From positions 1 through 64,000 of the IMG/VR virus record IMGVR_UViG_3300017598_000441: a stretch of DNA of 64,000 bases. One strand, 5' to 3'. The position numbers and the translations under genes were made by a program. The stretch's first letter is position 1. Each line of letters begins with the position of its first letter. The notes under the pieces were generated by a model. That model was not told the origin of the DNA, did no database searches, and saw nothing but the letters and a program-made list of their open reading frames with translations. The DNA comes from a virus. This document shows, piece after piece, positions 58,559 through 64,000 of this stretch.

Positions 58559-59563
58559 ATGAAAATTATAGCAGGACCCTGTAGTGCAGAATCAGAATCA
58601 CAGATAAAAGAAATAGCAGACTCACTAAACGCTTTTGGAGTAAAGACTTTTAGGGCAGGGGTATGGAAACCTAGGACTAGACCTAATAATTTTGAAGGTT
58701 TCGGGGAGAAGGCAATACCTTGGTTAGCGTACCCTAGAAATTTAGGTATGGAGGTTACTGTAGAGGTAGCAAATAAACATCAAGTATCTATAGTCTTAGA
58801 AAATTTGCATATAATAAACTCAGTATGGATAGGAGCTAGAACGACAGCTAACCCATTTGCAGTTCAAGAAATAGCAGAAGCACTGGAGGGAAGTAATATT
58901 CCTGTAATGGTGAAGAACCCTCTAAACCCAGATATACAGTCTTGGGTAGGGGCTATAGAAAGATTACAAAGTAGAGGCATCAAAAATATATCCGCAGTAC
59001 ATAGAGGATTTACAGATGATTTGGAGACCAGATACAGAAATAGTCCTAGATGGGATTTCATCTGTAAATTTAGAGAGGCATTGCCAGATATTCCTATAGT
59101 ATGCGACCCTAGCCATATAGCAGGAAGTAGGTTATACATAGATGAAGTGTGTAGAACAGCAGCTCAGCTAGGGGTGGATACTTTTATGATAGAATCTCAC
59201 AGCAACCCCGAAAATGCTATGACGGATGCGGCCCAACAAGTAACCCCAGAACAACTACATTTAATTGTATCTAATCTGAAACTGGAGACAGAAGAGCATC
59301 TTATAAGCCTAAGCAATAGTAGGAATCAAATAGATGCTATTGATAGGAGCATAGTAAGACTTCTTGAAGAAAGATTCAAACAGGTTGCAAATATCAAAGG
59401 GGTCAAAAAGGCAAAAGACATGGAGGTACGCCAACCCCAGAGGTGGGAGGATGTACTCCGAAATATCAAAGAAGAATCTATACATTGTACTAATATATCT
59501 GAATCTGAGGTAGTAGAAATCTTTAACACGCTGCATAATATATCTATAGCAAACCAGATATAA
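58559..59563 (+). CDS. bifunctional DAHP synthase (class I-beta) / AroQ chorismate mutase
   Basis: AGPCSAES, KPRTRP..FEG, WIGART, HRGF, DPSH, IESH and DAAQQ; C-terminal RNQIDAID...EER...KK...Q..RW...SIANQ. Confidence 0.93.
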   Translation: MKIIAGPCSAESESQIKEIADSLNAFGVKTFRAGVWKPRTRPNNFEGFGEKAIPWLAYPRNLGMEVTVEVANKHQVSIVLENLHIINSVWIGARTTANPFAVQEIAEALEGSNIPVMVKNPLNPDIQSWVGAIERLQSRGIKNISAVHRGFTDDLETRYRNSPRWDFICKFREALPDIPIVCDPSHIAGSRLYIDEVCRTAAQLGVDTFMIESHSNPENAMTDAAQQVTPEQLHLIVSNLKLETEEHLISLSNSRNQIDAIDRSIVRLLEERFKQVANIKGVKKAKDMEVRQPQRWEDVLRNIKEESIHCTNISESEVVEIFNTLHNISIANQI

Positions 59564-59564
59564 A

Positions 59565-59600
59565 TTTTGGTATATTAAAAATTTTCCGTATCTTTACGGA
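59565..59600 (+). promoter_or_regulatory. promoter, first of a tandem pair
   Basis: TTTTGGTATAT and TATCTTTA 59589-59596 within TCCGTA/TACGGA. Confidence 0.7.
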
Positions 59601-59650
59601 GTAAAAGGGACAAAAATAAACCAAAATTAATTAATCTTTTATGAAATTAA

Positions 59651-59687
59651 TTTTGGTTTATAACAAAACTTTTCGTACCTTTACGAA
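59651..59687 (+). promoter_or_regulatory. promoter, second of a tandem pair
   Basis: TTTTGG and TACCTTTA 59676-59683 within TTCGTA/TACGAA. Confidence 0.7.
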
Positions 59688-59729
59688 GTAAAAGGGAAAA
59701 CAAATAGTACAAACCACAAATTTAGAATC

Positions 59730-59927
59730 ATGTTAGAATTACTAGACAAAAAGTACGAGGGAGCAATTACATCAGAACCGACTACTCTTAGGGTAGATGG
59801 CAAAGCTACAAAACTGAAATTATTCATAGATACTTTGGAGAGTAGTGGAGTATCTGAAAAAACAGCAATAAACAGGTTCAGTAAATTCGTTAGAGACAAC
59901 GATATGATTGAACTAATTAATAATTAA
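59730..59927 (+). CDS. hypothetical protein
   Basis: 65-aa ORF after tandem promoters. Confidence 0.6.
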   Translation: MLELLDKKYEGAITSEPTTLRVDGKATKLKLFIDTLESSGVSEKTAINRFSKFVRDNDMIELINN

Positions 59928-59963
59928 CACACACAAACAACACACACAAACAAAACACACACA

Positions 59964-60401
59964 ATGAGAAAAAAAATTGTATTACTAGACTTGAACAGCA
60001 CGCTTGCAGTAAAATCTAGCTATGACTGGAGAACATTTACTTACGATGTATCCGCAGATGAGTACTCAAAGGAGTTAATAGAAAAACTCAAATCGGAGGG
60101 GCACGAAGTATGGATTCTAACTGCCAGAACTACAGAGTATGAAAAAGATACTTTGGAGAAATTGATGAAAGACACAGGTTATGCTCCAGATAAATGCTTC
60201 TTTAAAGGACATGGAGGGAAACAAGAAAGAAAACTTCCTGCACACATTTACAAAAGATTATTTGTAGAGGAGCTTCTGAAATCTGGGGAGTATAAAACAT
60301 CTGATTTCATTGCTGTAGAAAGTAATTTTAAAACGCATAAACAATACAGAGAACTGGGACTCACGGAGATTTATAAGAGAGACCAGTATCTGAAACTGTA
60401 A
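59964..60401 (+). CDS. HAD-superfamily protein with variant motif I
   Basis: IVLLDLNSTL, ILTAR, conserved K and AVESN. Confidence 0.7.
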   Translation: MRKKIVLLDLNSTLAVKSSYDWRTFTYDVSADEYSKELIEKLKSEGHEVWILTARTTEYEKDTLEKLMKDTGYAPDKCFFKGHGGKQERKLPAHIYKRLFVEELLKSGEYKTSDFIAVESNFKTHKQYRELGLTEIYKRDQYLKL

Positions 60402-60403
60402 AA

Positions 60404-61084
60404 ATGGAAAAAGATACCCACACAGAAGAAGGTTTTTCCTTCAATTCAATAGTAGAGTTTGATAGTCATATATCAAACTCTATTCCTAGTTATGATAGTT
60501 TGTTAAACTTTGTAGTTCAACTATCCGACTACTTCATGGAGGAGGGAGTCAATAATTTTGATATAGGTTGTAGCACAGGTAAATTAGTCAAGAGGCTAGG
60601 AGAAAGACATCCAAGCTCTAAATTTACTGGCATAGATAATGAGGTGAATTTCAAAGATGAGATGGATTCAGCCTCAACCAATACCAATTTTATATTCAAA
60701 GATATATTCAAAGTGGATAATTTCAAGAACTCCAACTTTAATACTTTAATATTCACCTTGCAGTTTTTACCTCCCCACAAAAGATTAGAATTAGTGAAAA
60801 AACTCTACGATGGGTTAAACTTAGGGGGAGCCTTAGTAGTTGCAGAAAAGACACTATCAAAAAGCTCCAAGTTCCAAGAGATTCTAACCTTTTTATATTA
60901 CGACTATAAGAGGGCGTATTTTTCAGATAAGTCTATTTTAGAGAAAGAGAAATCTCTTAGAGTCATAATGAAGCCTATGACATTCCAAGATTTAGAAAAC
61001 TTAATGATAGCAGCAGGCTTTTCAGAAGTAGAGATTTTCTGGAAAAGTTATAATTTCATAGGTATAATTGCAATAAAGAATTAA
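60404..61084 (+). CDS. cmoA: CmoA-like carboxy-S-adenosylmethionine synthase family protein
   Basis: FDSHISNSIPSY, DIGCSTG, GIDN, FTLQFL, GLNLGGALVVAEK, YKRA and AGF...NF.GIIAIK are collinear with E. coli CmoA. Confidence 0.8.
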   Translation: MEKDTHTEEGFSFNSIVEFDSHISNSIPSYDSLLNFVVQLSDYFMEEGVNNFDIGCSTGKLVKRLGERHPSSKFTGIDNEVNFKDEMDSASTNTNFIFKDIFKVDNFKNSNFNTLIFTLQFLPPHKRLELVKKLYDGLNLGGALVVAEKTLSKSSKFQEILTFLYYDYKRAYFSDKSILEKEKSLRVIMKPMTFQDLENLMIAAGFSEVEIFWKSYNFIGIIAIKN

Positions 61085-61104
61085 TAATCCATAAAAGAAG
61101 AAAG

Positions 61105-61671
61105 ATGGCAGTAGTAAAAAAAATGGTAAAGATATTCAAGAAGGACATTCAAGAATATTCAAAGAATGAGAAGATTCACACTAACGAGAATCTTGCATTA
61201 ATCCGAAAAAGTATCTCAGACATAGGGTATGTAACCCCTATTGTAATAGATGAAAATAATGTAATCCTAGCAGGGCACGGAAGATTCGCAGTTATGTTAG
61301 AGAGTAAGACTCTCAAAATAGAGTGTATGCAAATAACAGGTCTTACAGAACTACAAAAAAAGAAATTTAGACTATACGACAACCAGACAGCTAGGACGGG
61401 TCACTTCGATAATGATTTATTACTAGACACCGTGGGAGGTATCCTAGCAGAAGATTCGGAGTTTAATATCGGAATACTAGGTATTGAAGGTTTAGCGGAA
61501 GCCTTTTCTGATGAGATTATAAGCCTAGATTTAGGTACTGCCAAATTTGAAAAAGTAGAAAATGAAAGTCCTTTGAAAGTACTGGTAGTAGTTACTGACC
61601 GAGTAGAGGAAATAAAAGAACTACTAAGAAAGGAGAAAGGTACAGAGTTTTCACAAGGAATAAAAGCATAA
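61105..61671 (+). CDS. ParB/Srx-like domain protein
   Basis: NEKIH, GYVTPIVID, ILAGHGR and RLYDN. Confidence 0.85.
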   Translation: MAVVKKMVKIFKKDIQEYSKNEKIHTNENLALIRKSISDIGYVTPIVIDENNVILAGHGRFAVMLESKTLKIECMQITGLTELQKKKFRLYDNQTARTGHFDNDLLLDTVGGILAEDSEFNIGILGIEGLAEAFSDEIISLDLGTAKFEKVENESPLKVLVVVTDRVEEIKELLRKEKGTEFSQGIKA

Positions 61672-61675
61672 TACC

Positions 61676-62167
61676 ATGAGCAGAGAAAAGGAAATTACAC
61701 TTAAACAGCTCAAATCTAAACTAGCTCTGGTAAAAATACAGCCAGATAAACTACTGGAATTAGATACAGAGTTCATAGAGTTGGAGCAGGAATTATCTTC
61801 AAATTCTAAAAAACCTTACTTATCAAGCCTAAGTGCTATAAATACTGTGGTAAGAAAATACAAAAAACTTGTAGATTTAATAGTGGCAGATAAACTCAAA
61901 GGAATCAGTTTAAGAAACATAAAATTGATAATGAGTACAGAGGGACTACGAAACCTAGTAGTAGTCTTTAAACCCCAAGATTTCAACCTAAAGTTTTTCG
62001 GAGGGGACTACCGAGCAAAACTTACTCCAGAGTACTTCTTTAGACTGTTGGAGGATAAAGTATCTGGAAAAGTATTTATTTTTAAACATTCAGAAACTTC
62101 GGTAGCTAAAACACAGACTGCAAACATTACAAAAACACAATACTATGTACTCTTTAGTAAAGATTAA
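61676..62167 (+). CDS. hypothetical protein
   Basis: 163-aa basic ORF within the operon. Confidence 0.65.
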   Translation: MSREKEITLKQLKSKLALVKIQPDKLLELDTEFIELEQELSSNSKKPYLSSLSAINTVVRKYKKLVDLIVADKLKGISLRNIKLIMSTEGLRNLVVVFKPQDFNLKFFGGDYRAKLTPEYFFRLLEDKVSGKVFIFKHSETSVAKTQTANITKTQYYVLFSKD

Positions 62168-63629
62168 ATTAAAAAGCTTAATAGGGGATGAGGACAACCC
62201 TAGACTTCTAGCAGACAAGACCAAAGAACTTCTAATATTATCACTAAAGAAGTTCGGATTATTGTCTCCTATTTATTTGGACCAAAGAGGAGTTTTACTA
62301 TCTGGACACCAGAGAACCAAAGTTATGAAAGAACTGGGAGTAGAATCCGTCTATTGTAATGTTCTTAAAATGGACTTAGAAGATAAGAGTAAATTTAACA
62401 GCCTCAACTTTGCATTCAATAAAGAGCTACAGGAGATTAATGGTTTTGAGAACTCATCCGAAGAACATATAAAAAGTAAGAGGGCAGAGTTATTAGAAAT
62501 GCTTACAGGCATGGAAGACTTAGAAGACATAACACAACCCCTAAGAGAAACCTCTGTAGTACCAGTTTCAGATATTACACCAACAGAAACAGACATACCC
62601 GAAAGGTTAGTATCCAACTCTAGAATGTTATTTGCTATGGCAGGAGTAGTAATCCCCTTAATATGTGATGAGAATTACAATATAGTAAACGGAAACGCTA
62701 GATACATATTCTACAAAAAGAAGTTTGCTAAGATACCCTGCATAGTAGCAAAAGGAATCACTCCAGATATATTTAAGTACATAACTGCTAACTATTCTCT
62801 AAAAGGTAGAGAGGATAATATCCGAGTAGAGGCTAGAAGACATTTCATAAGACCTCACCTATCAAAACACCATGAAGAGATAGCTATGGGTAAAGCATCT
62901 GGAAACTTTCCACTAGCATTTAGATTAAACTATCAAAACAAGCATTATAAGCATACTTTAGACTTTGGTTCTGGTAATGGTAAACAAACAGCATTTCAAA
63001 GGGCATTAGGGCAGAATATAACGATGTTTGAGCCATTTTCTACTAAGAAGCTAGGTGAGTTCTCTTTATTGGAGACATATACCAATTTAAGCACGTTTCT
63101 GGATGAATTAGAAGCAAACGATATATTTGATATGGTAAGGGCGAATGCAGTATTGAATAGCGTACCTTTCGAGGAAGATTTAAAGAAAGTGGTAACACTC
63201 CTAAAGTTTCTGGCTTGCGGAAGTATTAAACTCGCAGTTACAGGAAGAAACGTAAGAAAGTTAGTTAAGTGGGAAGGTAGAGGTACAGGCACTAAGATTA
63301 AGGATATGGGAAAATCCGTTATTATCAGTATTTCACAAAAAACCAAGGTTCAGAAATTCCACACCATAGAAGAGATGGTAGAAATGTTCTCAGATGAAGG
63401 AACAGGAACGGAGGCATTAATAGTAGATGGAAGGTCTGGAGATATAGCAGTAGAGATTAGATACCCTAAATACACAATAGGTAAAAAGGAATTACTAGAG
63501 GCTGTGGCGTTTGAGTTCGGTATGAGTTACGAGAATAGGGTGTTTAAAGACATCAAGAAAAGGGCATTGCAGGTATTCGAGGAGAGATATGACAGACTAC
63601 TGTTAGCAGGCGTAGTACAAACCAACTAG
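62145..63629 (+). CDS. tandem ParB domains fused to a class I SAM-dependent transferase (putative DNA-modifying enzyme)
   Basis: NPR...LLSGHQR; IVNGNAR; LDFGSGNG, FEPF and NAVLNSVPF. Confidence 0.8.
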   Translation: MYSLVKIKLKSLIGDEDNPRLLADKTKELLILSLKKFGLLSPIYLDQRGVLLSGHQRTKVMKELGVESVYCNVLKMDLEDKSKFNSLNFAFNKELQEINGFENSSEEHIKSKRAELLEMLTGMEDLEDITQPLRETSVVPVSDITPTETDIPERLVSNSRMLFAMAGVVIPLICDENYNIVNGNARYIFYKKKFAKIPCIVAKGITPDIFKYITANYSLKGREDNIRVEARRHFIRPHLSKHHEEIAMGKASGNFPLAFRLNYQNKHYKHTLDFGSGNGKQTAFQRALGQNITMFEPFSTKKLGEFSLLETYTNLSTFLDELEANDIFDMVRANAVLNSVPFEEDLKKVVTLLKFLACGSIKLAVTGRNVRKLVKWEGRGTGTKIKDMGKSVIISISQKTKVQKFHTIEEMVEMFSDEGTGTEALIVDGRSGDIAVEIRYPKYTIGKKELLEAVAFEFGMSYENRVFKDIKKRALQVFEERYDRLLLAGVVQTN

Positions 63630-63669
63630 AAATTTTGGTTTTTTACAAAAACGAACAGAATAAAAAATT

Positions 63670-64000
63670 ATGAAAAAGACAGACAAATCTGATTTGACAA
63701 TCTGGACTAAAGCAGGTACAAAACGGAAAAGAAAAAGGAGACCAAATTCAAAACCAAACTCAGAAGCTACCAAAAAAGCCAAGCAACGTAAAGCCGCTAA
63801 GACTGCCAAGGAAGCAAGTATAAAAACCAAAGCTGCTAAAGCTGCAATGTTAAAGGCTTTGACTGCGAACTTAGGTATTGTTACTAATGCGTGCCAACAG
63901 GCAAACCTATCAAGAACGCAACATTACCAGTGGCTCAAAGATGACAAAGCTTACAGTCAAGCCGTGGAGGATATAGGAGAACAAGCTATTGACTTTGTGG
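63670..64000 (+). CDS. terminase small subunit (HTH type), 3'-truncated; not in ORF track
   Basis: ATG 63670; KAAMLKALTANLGIVTNACQQANLSRTQHYQWLKDDKAYSQAVEDIGEQAIDFV; frame open to the window end. Confidence 0.75.
   Translation, partial: MKKTDKSDLTIWTKAGTKRKRKRRPNSKPNSEATKKAKQRKAAKTAKEASIKTKAAKAAMLKALTANLGIVTNACQQANLSRTQHYQWLKDDKAYSQAVEDIGEQAIDFV

Noticed and set aside
58559-59563. Host chromosomal contamination or prophage boundary at the aro gene
   Set aside because: It is flanked by the phage's own promoter and terminator motifs, lies on the same strand with similar composition, and has no other host operon genes or att/integrase nearby.

Overview
The window is a 64-kb, AT-rich, single-strand-coded (+) segment of a tailed dsDNA phage with a contractile tail. 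The host is very likely a Bacteroidota species: intergenic promoters follow the TTTG-N19-21-TAnnTTT(G/A) pattern, there are no Shine-Dalgarno sites, and the DAHP synthase/chorismate mutase and EAD11 domains are Bacteroidota-type. Gene order is small hypotheticals (1-1.55 kb), head module (1.7-8 kb), neck/tail/baseplate/fibres (8.1-30.3 kb), an EAD11 gene pair (30.3-31.8 kb), replication/recombination genes (31.9-57.3 kb), and a putative DNA-modification locus (58.5-63.6 kb) directly upstream of the small terminase. I found no integrase, tRNA, CRISPR array or reverse transcriptase. Four observations stand out. (1) A DAHP synthase-chorismate mutase, a CmoA-like carboxy-SAM synthase, a HAD protein, a ParB protein and a ParB-ParB-methyltransferase cluster next to terS, which reads as a phage route from prephenate to carboxy-SAM to DNA carboxymethylation. 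(2) A 3x29-nt repeat between two virion-protein genes folds, with compensatory changes, into a three-fold pseudo-symmetric three-way junction. (3) A promoter-driven two-hairpin sRNA candidate has an exposed UUGUGUGUU linker complementary to an ACACAC motif upstream of the start codons of 11 non-structural genes. (4) Two adjacent genes each carry an EAD11 adaptor domain. All protein assignments come from motif recognition by eye; no database searches were run.
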